A DNA stretch of 64,000 nucleotides from Paraspadella gotoi (taxonomy: Eukaryota > Animalia > Chaetognatha): NCBI GenBank assembly GCA_051294375.1, contig CM119264.1, forward strand, positions 12,854,813 to 12,918,812, in the 5' to 3' direction. Made by a program: the position numbers and the translations under genes. Below the pieces are notes generated by a model that saw nothing but the letters and a program-made list of their open reading frames with translations, was not told where the DNA came from and searched no databases. Positions 21,610 through 35,893 of the stretch are shown here, piece by piece. Numbering within the stretch: the first letter of the stretch is position 1; each line of letters opens with the position of its first letter.

Positions 21610-22999
21610 GACCCAATCTTCACTCGGGCCATGTTTACAAATTTTCAAAAAACCAAAATAATATTTCTAAATTGATACTAAATAGAATAAATTACTGCAT
21701 GGTTAAAAATAACTTTAGTCCATACACTTATATCATTCACAAGGATAGACCCAATTAAATAACTGTAACGGGTAATGAAATCGCGAATATATAAAAAGGA
21801 ATTAAAATTCGAAGTCTATTTGTCACACACTCTCCTCTCAAAAAAATAATTTTTATAAGCTAAACAATTTTTCGATAGACAAAATAATATAATTTAGCCA
21901 ACTCTTTTCCTTTTACGGCAAATGAAAATAGAGCAAGCGCTTTTCAACAAAAAAATTTAAACAATTACATTCATGTGGAGACAAATAATTCTTTCCTCAG
22001 ATTGTCAATTTCAATGTTGATATAAATGTTAGAAATGTCCACTAATGGGTTGCTTATAGCAACTTGCACAATCAGCGTAATTTCACGGAAAAACAATCGA
22101 AGACAGCATGTGCAGGACAATAATATGGGTGCACTAATCAAATAGATGCCATCTATTCCCCAGTATGCTAACAGAAACACAACCTCAAAAACATCTATTG
22201 GCGCGCACCGGCCGACAAATTTTTTGTAAAAAAATTTCACAAAGGGTTAAAAGAAATTTGAAAAAGAATTCTTTTTGCAAAAATTAAAACCTATAAGTAA
22301 AACGTCGATCACAATAATAATTTACTTAATAACACAAGCAAACGAAATTACTAATTTAACATATTAATTAACAATTAATTAAAGTCCACGTAATTGGTTA
22401 ATCGAGATGTCATCACGATTCTCCACGAGACAATTTAACGACGTCGGCATCCCCGCAGATCCCGTCCGCTGTTCTTGAAAATTGCAAATGTCTCCCCATG
22501 TCGCCAATCTGGCGGTCCAGACCCGACGGTTCCCGCCCCGATGTCCATAATGAAATAAAAACTCAAAGATAGAAAGGTAAGACAAGATCTGCGGAATAGA
22601 CCTTTGAAGAAAAATATGAATGGGCAACGAATTATTCTGGTCTAAGACCATCAGCAATTTTTCATACAAAAAATAATAAGGGCCCAATATTTTTTTTCTA
22701 TAACTCCTTGCGGTCCGAATAACGCAGAGAGAGCAACTTAACTTCAAATTCGATGTCCTTTTGTTGACCGCGGCAAAAGGCACGGGAAAAAAATTTGGAA
22801 AAGGATTGGACGGCGGAAGCGTATTTTGGATTTTCTTTTTTTTTAATTTGCGCCGAAATTTAGGTAGCGGACGAACCGAGGTATTTCCTTCGGGAAGGCT
22901 TAAAAAAAAAAGACTTTTATTTCGTAACCAGACGGGGCCTGGGGAACCCACCCAAAAGTGGAGGCGGAATTTTTAGGTGAAAAGAAATTCGTTACCCAA

Positions 23000-23206
23000 A
23001 GTAAATGAACGAGAGTTTATTCAGTATAACATCGGAAAGGGAAAAATGCAGATATAAATAATGAGCGCCGAGAATAAAATAAACAATGACTTTTATATGA
23101 ACTTACTTTGTTCTAATCAAAGTAGGAATGTAAACGAGAATGGGGAATTTAGGTCCGACAGAGAAATATTATTATTTACATTTTTGTAATTTACTAAATT
23201 CTTACT
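23000..23206. repeat. ~200-bp direct repeat, copy 2
   Basis: Matches 21414-21609 with indels. Confidence 0.85.
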
Positions 23207-24249
23207 CCATCTTTTGACAGCTGTATGAGCCAAAGACTAATTGCAAACTAGCATGGAAAAAGTGGAATAGAAAGAGACAAGAGAGAGCGAAAGTTGCGGA
23301 CTTCCTCACAAACCGCGAGGCGAGATTCGAGTTTTCTTTCTTCCTACGAAAACAAGATCAAGCGGACACGCAACGCAAATGACGACGCAGACGACGGACG
23401 GAGAACCAGCTTCTCTGGCGCGATAACTCCCCGTCTTCTCTCTCTCTCATCTCCGCTCTCTATTCTGTCCTCTCTCTCCCTCTCTCTTCTCTCGTCCTCC
23501 TCTTCCTCCTCCCTGATCTCTCCTCCTCTCTCTGCGTCCCTTCACTTCCTCTTCGATTCTTCGTCCTCTCTCTCTCGCGTCTCTCCTCCCTCTCTTCGAT
23601 CGCATCACCTCTCTCGGTCGCTCGCTCACCTCCGTCCCAGCGTAGTCAGCCTCCTCCGACCTCTCTCTCTCTCGTCTCTCGTATCTCTCACCGTTTCTGG
23701 AATCGCATTCTAAATCTATTTGGCCGGTAGTCGAGGAACAGAGGCGGATAATTCTTCAATCCGCATTAACCTTTTGCTCTGGTTCCGTCTCCTTACCTTC
23801 CATTTCCTTACCGTTTCTTCTTCCTTTCGTTTTCCGCATTGATTTACTCGTCTGTCCCGCCCATCCCGGCCACCACCTTAAACCAATTTTGATTTTTTTC
23901 TTTCCGGTCTTGCGCCGCTTTTTTTTCAAGTTGTTAACCGGGCGCAAAGAACCTTCTTCTCATCCTGATCCTTATCTTTTATTAATCTCATATTCTAGAT
24001 TCTTTTTTTTCCGCCAGGGATTACGTGCGTCTCTTTGTTCGCTTTTTATTCGGGTCTCGAACCTCCTGTCTTTGTACAGGAAATTTAATCACGGCCTCGG
24101 AAAAAATAGAGGGCGAGAGAGTTAAGTCCCAGACCGATAGCGTCTTTTAACGCAAAAGATTAATGGAGACGGAACAAAGAAATGGAAGAAGCCAAACTCC
24201 TTGAAGCTGTTCCCCTATTTCTTATTGGATTGTTTTGTGGCTCTACTCG

Positions 24250-24370
24250 CCTAAGTAATAAGTTCTAAGGTCTAGAGTTTCTAAGATCTAAAAGTCTAAA
24301 GGTCTATGAGTGCTAAGTCTAAGTTCTAAGTCTAAGTGCTAAAGTCTAAGTCCTAAAGTCTTAACTAAAT
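24250..24370. repeat. Degenerate (CTAAGT)n tandem repeat
   Basis: tctaag/ctaagt units. Confidence 0.7.
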
Positions 24371-27300
24371 TTTCTGTTCGGGTGGTTGTTTTTGTTACGC
24401 TGCCTTTAATGACGTGAGTCGGACGAATCGCTGCCTGACGGAGCAAATGAGAATTGTCCAATTAAATGGTTCAAGTTTATGAATAACAACTCCTTTTACA
24501 GGAGTCATAAATATATATTCTTTTAACCAAACCCTTTTCTTGGTTTACGTACTTTATATCTCTCACTCTTTTCTTTTCTTTCCCTCACCTTCGAAGAGTT
24601 TTTCTTTCTGTTTTCTATTCTTTTTCCTTTCCCTTCCTTTCGTTTTTCTTTCTCTTCCATATTGGGTTTTTTTTTTTTTTCGCGGGCTCCGTCTTAATCT
24701 TTTTCCCCAATTATCGTCTTACCTTCTTTCGCCCTTTTCTTTCTTTATATCCATTTTCTTTTTTCCCTTGAAAATCGCTCGTCGAGTAGCGTTCATTTGT
24801 TTTCTTTCTTCGAGTTCGTACGCTTTCGATCGTGTCGACCTCTAGTCCGCCATTAATTCGTTCTTGCTCGCTGCCTGCGAGAGGCTATACTTTACCAAAG
24901 AGGCCCGTCAACACGTGGACCTTATTTACGTCCTTCTTCTCTTCCCATCAGATTTTTGACGCTCCCCTTCGTCCCCCAGTTTGCCAGCCCTCGCTTTCCC
25001 TCCCTCGCCCCCACCCGTTTGTTACACTGCCCCAGCATACATTTCTTCGCTTTTTCTTAAACTCAACATTGGTAGGAAATTTCCTTTTTCCACAATACTG
25101 GGTCGTTGTTTCTGCTTTCCCCATCCAATATTAATAAATTAGGAAATGCAATAAAAGTAAAATGTGCATTTTTTACCATGACACTTCTGGTCTTTTCGCG
25201 ACCCGTTTTTCACAGGTAGGCCCAATCTAGAAACCAAATGATATTGTTTGTAACTCTTTCTTTTTTATTAATAGTGTTGAGCCTGTGTATTCATTACCAT
25301 TGGGGCCACAAAATGGCTTGCCAGTGCGGCATGGCTAAGATGGCGGAGCAAGTGGGTGGTTGGCAGCAACACCCGCGACCCATCAATCCCGATCATCTCT
25401 CTCTCCCAATCACTAACTGGGCCGCGAATCAACGTGGGCTCACAACGTGTGTCTTTTTTAAAATACTGCCAACAGCAAGCTTCATTCATAATAATAGTAA
25501 TTAAGAACTCTTCCATTTCCCCTTAATTGAAAGCTTACTAGGTCTTCTTTCATCGTTGTTTCCACCAAACCTGAAAAACTCAAAAAAAAAGAAGATCTTT
25601 CGGGATATTTACAATGTAACAGTAATTTTACATTTACAGTTTTAAGCCACATATAAAGTAAACACTATAGTTTTTTAATGACTATAGGCAGTTTTTTTTC
25701 CTTTCAGTCGCGTTTCCTAACTTCCGCTGGATCATCACCCTCCACAAGTTCATTGGTCACTCCTATTTTCTTCCCGAGTCCATCTCCGTGCGGTCACTTT
25801 CCGCCAGTTCCTTGTTCATCCACTATTTTTTTGTCATATCGTTTTCGTCCAGTCATCATTCGTCGTCATCGGGCCTTGCGTTCGTTCGTCCTGCGCACGC
25901 CTCGGTCTTTTTCAGTCGTCGTTCGTCGTCTCTGTCGCGTCGTTCATGCAATCGGTCCGGGCAATTATCGTGCGTCGTCGTCAGTCGTCCTCCGTTCATG
26001 TCATCGTCAACCAGTCACGTCGAGTCATCGTCGCTATCCCCAACTGGATTCAAATCAAGGCTGCTGACCCTTTTTTCCGGGTTGTTGTTGTCGGTTTGTC
26101 CGTCGGATTGGGTTTGGTCCGAGTTCGTTGCGATGCATGCATGACGACCGCCGGACGGACGGTTATAAGGACTCGTTGGTCTAAACCGAAACATTAAAAT
26201 ATTGATTGGAATATATCAATTATTAGTAAATCAAGTTTTCATAGGTTTATAATTTATGAACAAAAAAAAAAACTTTATCAACGCTATCCCAACCAACTCA
26301 GAACCAACTACCACCAATCCAACTTACCCCTCTACGCCGCCCGCCACCCCTGCAAAACCAACGGCCATACCTCTTTCTGGTCTTATTCTTGCTTCCTCAG
26401 TTTTTTTTTCCCGTCTTTCCTTTTCCGCTCGGCCTGAATTATTTCTCTAACGCTTGTCGTCGGTCGTCGTCGTCGGTCGGTCGGTCGTCGTCGGGTCAGT
26501 CCGGGGGTCTTCGTACGTGCGTCGGGCCCCTGAAATTTTCTGAGTTAAAAATCAAAAACAAGTCGCGGCCGCCTGGGATTTTTTCTCTCTTTCACGCTTC
26601 GGCCCGCTCCGATCTCCGGCGAATTGGTCCCGAGCCCCGCGCCAGACCCGGCCCAAAAGACCCAACGCCAACGTGCAACGCGTACCGCCCCAATTAAGCA
26701 ATTAATCGGGTTCCACCTGAAAAAAAAAGGAAAATTTTTATTTACCATAGCTACTTAAAAGGTCTTCCCAAATGCAAAACCGCGCGAACCTTTTTTTTAT
26801 TCGTTAAAAGACCCACCTCTCACGTCTATTATATTTATATATTTAGGTCTTCTCTCCTGGGTCAATAAATGAGCCATTTTTTCTGTCTTTGATATCCTGA
26901 TCAGCATATTTTTCATGTTTTCCCTTTCCGGCGGGTTACATTCAAATCACCCTATTCACCGCGGTTTTGTCAAAAAAAAAAATAAAAAAAGGTATTTTTA
27001 TTTTACCCTTGTTCGGAGAAGATAACGGCGGGATGTTTCGCAATAAATTCATTTTGGGAGATAATATCGCGTCTCCCGCTAATTTAATTAGGGAACGGGG
27101 AAAAACAAAGCTCCCGGGGGTGCCCCATCGGTGGCATCGTCGGGTCGCATCGTGTTACCACATAGCGAACAAAATAAAAACCTCCAGACGTAATAACATT
27201 TATTTCCGAACAGAAAATCAAAGTTTGGGGTTGTCTTTTTATGAAAAAACCGTTTTTTCACATTTTCGCCAATTTAACATTTTCCCGGGGATGAGTTTAT

Positions 27301-30300
27301 GAAGAAAATTTGAAAAATTTTAAATAAAAAGTAGGGGTATAGTTGAAAAACTCGGGTTGTGAAGAGACCAAACAGTCCTGTATTTTTAATTCTTTTGTGG
27401 GCTTCGGGTCGTCAATATAAACCCTCGCTGTTTTGCTTTCCTTTTGACCCATAAAAGGGCCGTTAAAAAATTTGTTTTCTTGGTTGGGCAAACACCATTG
27501 GGTTGATCGGGGTCGGGTCGGGTCCGTCGTCGGGGTCGTCCGTCGGGCTTTTTTTATTTTAAAATCTGGCGTCATAGTTTTTCGGATTTTCCGCCCCATT
27601 TTCTGGGCGGTTTTTTTTTTTTTTTTTTTTTTTATTTTTTGGGTTTGTTTGGTTTTTTTTTTTTTTTTTTTTTTCTGGTAGGAAGGAGGAAGAAGGTTTG
27701 AAGGGGTGAATTTGAGGAGAGGAGAGAGGTCAAAAAGAGAGAGAGAGAGAGGGGAGAGAGAGGAGAAGGACGACGAGAGAGAGAGAGAGAGAGGAGAAGA
27801 GAGGGAGAGAGAGAGAGAGAGAGTTTAAACCCGCCTATCCGTGGTTTATTTTCGTCGAGAATTCATATTTTTTCTCTCTAAATGCAATTATTTACCCGCG
27901 TTTTTTCTGTTTTTCCCCACTGAATTCGCTAGGAAATATTCAATTTTAAAAATTTGAATTCCAAATATTGCGGCAAAAGAGGAAAAAATACTTTTTTTTC
28001 CCGTCGGGGTTTATTTTTTATTAATCCCTAATAATAAAATAGGGGAAAAAAAAATTCTAACTGAATAAAAAAATTTACTTTATTTGTTTGGCAAAATGGC
28101 AATAGAAAAAAGAAGGATGGTTATCAGCCCTCTTAGCCCATTCTCTGTTATCAACTCTCTCGTGGGGCGTTAACCATCTCTCTCTCATCATCCTCACTAC
28201 CTCACACTCCTCTCCTCGCGGCGGTCCCTCAGCTGATTCTCTCTCTCTCTCTCCTCGTCGGTCTCTTTCTCATCGCTCTCCGACTCTCCTCTCTCGTCTC
28301 TCAACCCCGCTTTGACGAATTTTTTTGATACGTCCGTTTAATTAAAAACGGCCGGCGTACATAAATTTTTTTTCCAGCTCTTTTCCTTTTTTTTTAACTT
28401 TTGAGTGGAAATACCTACGAGCCGTGAGCCTCTGGGGGGGCGAATGAAAATTCCGTCCTATTTTTCTCAAATTTCAATATAAAATGGTTTATTTTTTTTT
28501 AATATTGAAAGGACCTTTTAATCCTAATCATATTTGGTTTAAATTCTAAACAAAAGAAATATCGGGAAGGGTGTTTCAAAATTTGGGTGGAACCGGCAAT
28601 TCCCGGGTTGAGAAGGTTCAGTTTTTTTTTTTTTCTTTAAAAAATTGGGAATGAGTAAATAAATCTGGTCAGAGAGGACTGGGAGAAAGAACATCGAGAG
28701 ACTGTGCCCAGTTCACCGAGCCAAAATAAAGGTGGCAAAAAACCCCGCGAGTTTTTAGAAACTCAGGGGAACTGAAAAGCCAAGTGAACGGATTGATTGG
28801 GCTCGGGGTAGAAGGCCATGACACTAAAGGGAGTGAACCCTCAGTGGGGTGACATAACGATTGTTCATATTTCCATTGGGGGAATGCGAACGGGATGGTA
28901 ATGCAAATATCAACAAACACGATTTTAACAACGTGATTATGAATTGCCAGTGATTACTGGGCAAAGAATAATAAAAGAATTGATGAATTGATGAATATGA
29001 TATGAATGATGAATGAATGTAATGGTGATGATGTTGATGATGCTGCAATGAATGAAATTGTTGATGATACTGAATGATGATGACGAATGATGAACAACAC
29101 CGGGGTTTCCACGTAAGGCTTCCCTCAGTGCTTCCGCAGCTCCTTCGGCCTCCACAGCAAAAAACTTCCCTATGGCTAGAACAATCGAGATTTAGGTCTT
29201 TTCCTAAACGTCCTCTCTTTTTCTCTCTTCTCTCCTCTCTCACTCATCCCTCTTCTGTGACTCTCTCTCTCTCTCTCCTATCTCTCATTCTCTCTCTGGC
29301 AACCTGAAAAATAATCTTTTTGCTAAAAAAAAATTATTAGAGGAAGGGGCAGACAGTCGAGAGAGACAGCGAAGAGAGAGAGGAGAAGAGAGAGAGAAGC
29401 AGAGAGAGAAGAGATGGAGGAGAGAGCAGAGAGAGAGAGAGAGAGAGAGAGAGGAGGGAGAGGGGGAGGAACACGATACACGCATTTCGAAGTGAAATTC
29501 AACGACACCGACTGTTAATTTGTGAAGGGACAATATCACAAATATCCGTGGCTTTCCCAGGTTCCAAGGAGGCCGAGGCGAGATGCGATCATCGGGGAAA
29601 AAGCCCACATGAGGGGATTCAAGTGATTAAAAATTATCACTTCTCTTCATAATCGTTTGTAGAGAGGATAATTTTCAGACGAATTGGATGCAATGGTTAG
29701 GATAGATTAGATGAAGGATACAATGGGAAGGCATAAAATGGATTGACGAGAATGAAAAGGGGAATCGGTTGAATGGACAGAATCTAGATGTATTAAGGAG
29801 ACGGATTAATTATCATATAAAAGTCGGTCTCTCGCGTCTGTAACGTCCATCTTGTAAAACATAATTACAAATTAACATTCAATCCTTCGGTAATTTAATC
29901 TGCTCTTTAATCCATTTAACATGGCATGAACAAAAAAACAATTAATGAACATTAGTACTCCGACATTTTATAATCCGACTTCCCGTCCGAGAACCATTTC
30001 GCCAACGCTCCCCTCCGACCTTCCCTCCGACATCCCTTCCGTAGTCGGTGGGCATAAATTGCATTAAGTTCACCCACGGCCCTTATAAGCATGAACACCT
30101 GTTAAGGTCGTGATTCGGCGGGGCTTCATCGAGTAAAAAGCCCAATCAGCTCATGACCAACACTACCAGACATTTCCTCTCGACCTCCCTTCCCAGCGTG
30201 TCACTTCGCTCCCGACCTTCCCATACAATATTTCCCACCGCCTTCCTAACCCCCACTCGCCTCTAATACCCCGGCGCCCACCCTTCTCCCCACCCCAACT

Positions 30301-32226
30301 CTCTCGCACGTCGACTCCATTTCGAAGAAGGCAGGGAGTCCCGTTCGCCACGAATTTTGGGGAACGAATGATCAGACGGGACAAATGGGATGTTGTTCTT
30401 AGCGAAAGGGAATTAGCAAATCGGGGGGGGTATAGATACACTGGGCGCGTGAATCGGAGAGCCGGGGAGTGAAAAAAACCAAAACCCAGAGAGTGCATCA
30501 AGTTGAAAAAATTCTATTATTTCTAAACGAAAATCTACTTAACTAGTTATTAATTATTTATTTATATGGATAAAATATTAAAAAAAAAAAAGAAATCTAT
30601 GGAGTGAACTTGATTAACTCCGTGATCTGGTTGGAAGAAAAAATTAACATTAACTTTATGGTTTCAAAGGGGAGAATTTATGGCACGAGTTTCCACGAGG
30701 CAAGAAAAAAAAAAAGTAGGTGCGTTATTTATGTTGCGAGATGCCCCCTTGTAAATGCTCTAACTAGAATAATGAGGAATATCACGACATTTAAAACGAA
30801 ATTTAATTTGGATTAAACGAGAATTGTCATTGAAATGCGATTTCCGCCCCAACGGCCGGGGCGATGGAGGCGCCAACGACAATTGAACGATTTAGTGAAG
30901 GGTGAAAGTGCTAGGGGCGGAGGGGTGCGAGAAAGTGAGTGAGACCTGTGGAACGTGCGGTGGGTAAAGTGAAGGAGTCGGCTGCGTCCGCGTCTCGGAG
31001 GCAAAAACGAATGAATTATGGCGATATGTTACGGCGGCGGCAGCGGTGAAAGGCGGCGGCGGCGGTAAAAAGGCGGCAGCGGGCACAGCTGCGGGCCGAG
31101 AACGGCGCAAGCGGGCCGGCGAAAACGCTATTGTGGGGGCGACGTGGCGCAGCGGCGAATGGAAATGAGACGCTGAAGCGGAAATTTCGTTGTTTGTCTG
31201 GGAATTGGATGGATGAACAAGGAAAAGTGTTTTTTTCGTTTGATAACACGACAGACCTGCGTCCATTTTTTTTTCCTTGCTTTTTTTTTTTTTGCCAGAA
31301 GGTGATTTGTTTCATTTTCGTTGTCGGAGACGAAAACGAAAAAAACGAAACCCTGACGGATTTTACCGGGATATCCGATCTCGCCCGAGCGAGATAAGGA
31401 TATACTAGGACTAAAAGACTCTGACGAACCAACAAAGCCAGAGGTTTTTTTTAAAAATATATTCTTATACTGGCCAAGGGGTAGAATGGAGTGGAATATT
31501 GTTAATATTAAGTTTAAAAAAAAATCCGTACCTAAATAATATAGAAAACTATTTAAAACCGCAAAATATTTGGGAGAATTGGAGCCCCCTTCTTTGGAAG
31601 ATTTCGCCAATAGAGATTTTTTCCTCGAAATCTCTGACTCCGGTTGAAAAATCCTTAGAAAAATTCCGATTGTTTAGCTGCCTCTTTTACTTTTACCTTT
31701 AAATAAAAAATTTCACCAAAATGGACTAATTCAATGTTACCACCATGATCGTATCATATTCAAAATAAGACCGAAATAAATTGTAAAGAAAAATTTTGAG
31801 AGCGCTTCAGACATATGGGTATCCGGATTCCTGAATTTGAAGTTTATTGTAAAATAACAACATATGTTAAATGCGTTGACATTGTTTGAAGTTGAGGAAT
31901 CCCTTTATTTTATATTAATATAAATATTGGCTGGCCGGTCGAAAAAAGATTAATTTTTTTCCCGAGCGGATAGTCCATTTGAATTGATGGTTTGATGTCA
32001 AAATGATGGTTATTTTGTAAAGAGAAAAAATGCGAGCACCTTGCAGATGCAACAGGATCCGAATCGAAGTGGTTTTACATTTCTGTTTTTTAATTACCGT
32101 GAATTTTTTCCGGCAGGGGCCGGCGTTTGACATTATTTGGTAGTCAGATTTTAACGAAATTCCATTGGAAAAAGTCTTCCTCGATTTTCTAAGAACGAAG
32201 TAGACCCTAGGATATATGAAAAGAAT

Positions 32227-32656
32227 TGAAGAGGTTCTTTCCTACTTCTGGCTATCATTAAAGTTTGTTTTAACGGAACACATTGTATTAGTCTCGAGAG
32301 AAAAACGAGAGAAACCGATACAAAAACGCGTTTCCTTATAGGAGAGAACATTCGACACGATCGACACCTTATCGAGAGCACACTTGAATATCTTAATCTA
32401 TTCATTGTGCTTTCATCAAACGCTAAAATGGACTTTTTACAACGCAGACATTATAACGATAGAGAAATGGGCATCAAATGAAAACTACGTGCACTGTACA
32501 TTGTAAAACACGTAAAAGTAACTAAAATAACGGATAACGAGATAAAGGTAAAAGAAGACGCTCGAGTTACGATTGTGAAATCGACGAACTGAGAGCGTTT
32601 GTTTTTCTCTTCTCGAAGGTTTATTTGTCGATTGGCACGGACTATTTGCGGCTTCA
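32227..32656 (-). repeat. 3' LTR of copy 2 (~430 bp)
   Basis: Termini TGAAG...CTTCA; homologous to 42085-42535; preceded by the PPT. Confidence 0.8.
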
Positions 32657-35600
32657 TAACCCCCCCAAGACGGCGTCTCTGTAAGAAGATGGCGAATTCC
32701 TCGATCGAAGCGTTGGGGTGGACGCACTTGACGCTGAGGCCGCGTTGAAGCCGTTAGATTAGGGATCTGGAGCAGGGGCGCGGCGAGGAGCGGTCGTCGG
32801 AGCGGGTGGCGCCGGAGCGCAGGCGCCGGGCGCGGCGGCCGGAGGGGCCGTGTCGTTGCAGGCGGCGTCCCGACGAGGAGGCGCCGCTGTTCCTGTCGGC
32901 GCGAAAGATCACTCGACGAAGGGTTTGAAGGCGATCGACGGAGACGTCGTCGAGGCGGCCGCCGATCTCGAGCCGGAAAAACTTGGAGCGCGGGGCTACG
33001 ACGCGGAACGGGCCAGTCATAGACCGGCTGCCAGCGCGTACGTACAGGGCCGCGGCGGCCACGAGGACGAAGGGACAGACTGGAGCTCGCGGGGATGTTG
33101 ACGCGGTAGGATGGGCGTGGCGCGTCCCGTCGACCGGGCGAAGAGCGCGGACCTCCCGGCGCAGCGTCTGAAGGAGTTCATGTGCACGGGTTGGGGAACC
33201 GCAGTCCGGGACAGAAGTCGGCAGGCATCGCCGCACTCCTCACCATAGACGAGTTCGCCGAGGAGGCGTTGAGGTCTTCCTTGATGGGCGTAGCCGAAGT
33301 GCGAGCCATACACCAAGCAGTTTGTCCTACCCAATCAGGGCCTGCAAGTTGGCCGGGGAGCGATGCCTTGAGGTCGGCGGTGGAAACGCTCCACCATCCC
33401 GTTCGCCTGAGGGTGGTACGACGTGGTGTGGTGAAGGTTGGCGCCGAAGACGCCGCTAGCTGGCGCCACAGTTCGGAAATGAATTGTTTCCCGCGATCGG
33501 ACGTGATGTGGAGCGGAGCGCCAAAACGAGCGACCCAACCGGAAGCGAAGGCGGCGCGCTACCGTCGCTGCTTGAATATCGGAAGCGGGATCGCTTTGGC
33601 CAGCGCGTGAAGCGGTCGCGACCGTCAGGGGTAGGCAAATCCCAGTGACGCCGGAAGTGGGCCGACGAGGTCGATGTGACGTGCTGAAAACGTTTTTCTG
33701 GGGGAACAAAATCTCGATGGGCGTGGCGGCGTGAGTCCGGACTTTCGCCCGCTGGCAGTGGACGCACGAACGCGCCCAGCTGGCGGCGTCCTTCGCCGCG
33801 CCGGCCACAACAACTTTTTGTTACGAGGGCTTTCGACGTCTTTATCCCGGGTGCGCCAAGGAGTGGAGTGCGTCGAAAACGATCCGGCGGCCACTTCCCG
33901 GGGACGAGAGGACGCGCGACGCCCCGTTGAGAGGTCGCAGAGACAGAGAGACGCCGTCAAACGACGCCCGCTGGAGGCGAAGGGACGAGCGGACGACTGG
34001 AGGCGCGGAATCTTCGTCGGTACTTGATCGGTCCGCTATCCGCCGCGAAGTCAACGCCCCGGGTCCTGTGACGGCCATGACATCATCGCGGTATGACGAC
34101 GCGAGAGAGGAGCATCGGCGACGATGTTGCCTTTCCGAAAACGTGCCGGAAGTCTGTCGTAAATTCGAGACGGCGGCCAACTGATTGGCCTGCCGCGCCG
34201 TTTTGGAGTCGTCTTCTTGCTGATGGAGGGAACGAGGCTCACGTGTCGTGAAGAGTGTGAAGGGGCGTCCCTCAAAAAGTACCGAAAGTGTCGCACGCCA
34301 AGTGGGCGCCAGGAGTTCCCGGTCGTAAGGTGAATACTTTTTTTGGTTCTCCATGAGCGGCTTGGAGAAAGAAACACGGGCGCCAATGGCCGCCGACGGA
34401 GTTGCTCGAGGACGCCGCCGGATCGCGAAGTCGGAGCATCGACGTGAGCGCAGTGGGGCGCCTGTGACGGGTGGACGAGCATCGTGGCATTGGCAGGGGC
34501 CGCTTTGGTTCGTCCGAACGCCCCTCCCGGTCTTCGTTCAACTCGACGACCTTGGGCTGCGGACGACCTTTGAGTGCGCATAGAGAGGCGCCATCGTCGC
34601 CGCCGCGTGGGGGACGAAGCGGTGAAAAAATTCACCATCCCGAGGAACGTTGGAGTTCCTTGACGGTTGATGGGCGGGGAAGTTGGCGATCGCGCCACCT
34701 TTGAAGGGAGAGGCCGTACCCTTCGGCGTCGATGTGGTGGCCGAGAAAATCGAGGGAGTCACGCCGAACAAACAACTTTTCGCGTTTGACTACAAGACCG
34801 TGCTCTTCGAGACGGTCGAAGAGGCGCGCGAGGTCGTCGAGATGTTGTTTCTGTCTCTGGAGGCGACGAGGATGTCGTCGGATAAAACAAAAACTCGAGG
34901 GAGACCCCTGCAAACGGCGTCCATGAGACGTTGGAACGCCTGCGCGGCGTTTTTGAGACCGAAAGGCATCCGGAGATATTCGTATGACCAAACGGCGTGA
35001 TGATCGCGTTTTCGGGACGTCCTCCTCGGCGACAGGCACCTGATGGTAGCCTTTCAGCAGGTCGACCTTGGAAAAAAACCGTCATCCCCGCGAGGTCCGC
35101 GGAGAAATCGTGGAGATGTTTGAGCGGGGTAGCGGTCGTCCTTGGTGGCTGCGTTGAGCGCCTGTAGTCACCGCAGGCGCGGAAACCTCCTCAGGTTTGG
35201 CGACGACGTGGAGAGGCGAGCCCACGGGTGACGAAGACGGTCGGACGATGCCAGGGCTGGAGTTCGTCGAACTCTTTTTTGACGGCCGAGAGACGTTCGG
35301 AGTGAACAGACGACGAGCTCTTGCGAAAACGGGGTGTCCTTCGGTGGGGATGCGATATAGACGCCGTGCGAGGCGTTTGCGCTTCGAAATTTCGGGCGTC
35401 GTCAGTCGGGGCGCCGCGGAGAAGTTCGTCGAAGACGTTGGAGACTTCCGGTGGTGCGACGCGGTCGTAGGCGATGGCGCTGACGTCGCAGCGAACAGCT
35501 TCGAAGGTTTCGGAGTCTATGAGGCCGCCGACGCCGCGACGTCACGAGGAGGCCGTGAGGCGCAAAAAATCGGCGCCAGGATCGGCCGTTTTAACCTCGC

Positions 35601-35835
35601 GACCAGGAAAACGCCGACGAGAGGTTTGGAGGCGAGGCGGACTGTCATGGTGCGGACTCCCGAAGGCCGCGATGGATGACCCGTTGGCCGCCCGTAGGAT
35701 GACGAGGGCCCGGCTCGATTCGGCCTNNNNNNNNNNNNNNNNNNNNNNNNNTGTCCCACGTCGAAGCCGGAAGCAGGCTGACTTCAGCGCCCGTGTCGAC
35801 GAGAAAATCAAGGCCAGAGTTAAAATCGCGTACGC

Positions 35836-35893
35836 TGAGCAAAGGCGAGGCGCCGGTCGCCGCGCTCACTGACGGCCGGCGTCGTCGTTTCCC
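35836..35893 (-). promoter_or_regulatory. gag-pol -1 ribosomal frameshift signal (G GGA AAC + stem-loop/pseudoknot)
   Basis: Heptamer at 35893-35887 in the gag frame. Gag stops 7 codons later, while the -1 frame runs into the protease. Same signal at ~45780-45835. Confidence 0.75.

Noticed and set aside
24400-32000. GC-rich patches and short ORFs that might be exons
   Set aside because: The sequence is very noisy and no protein family was recognisable.
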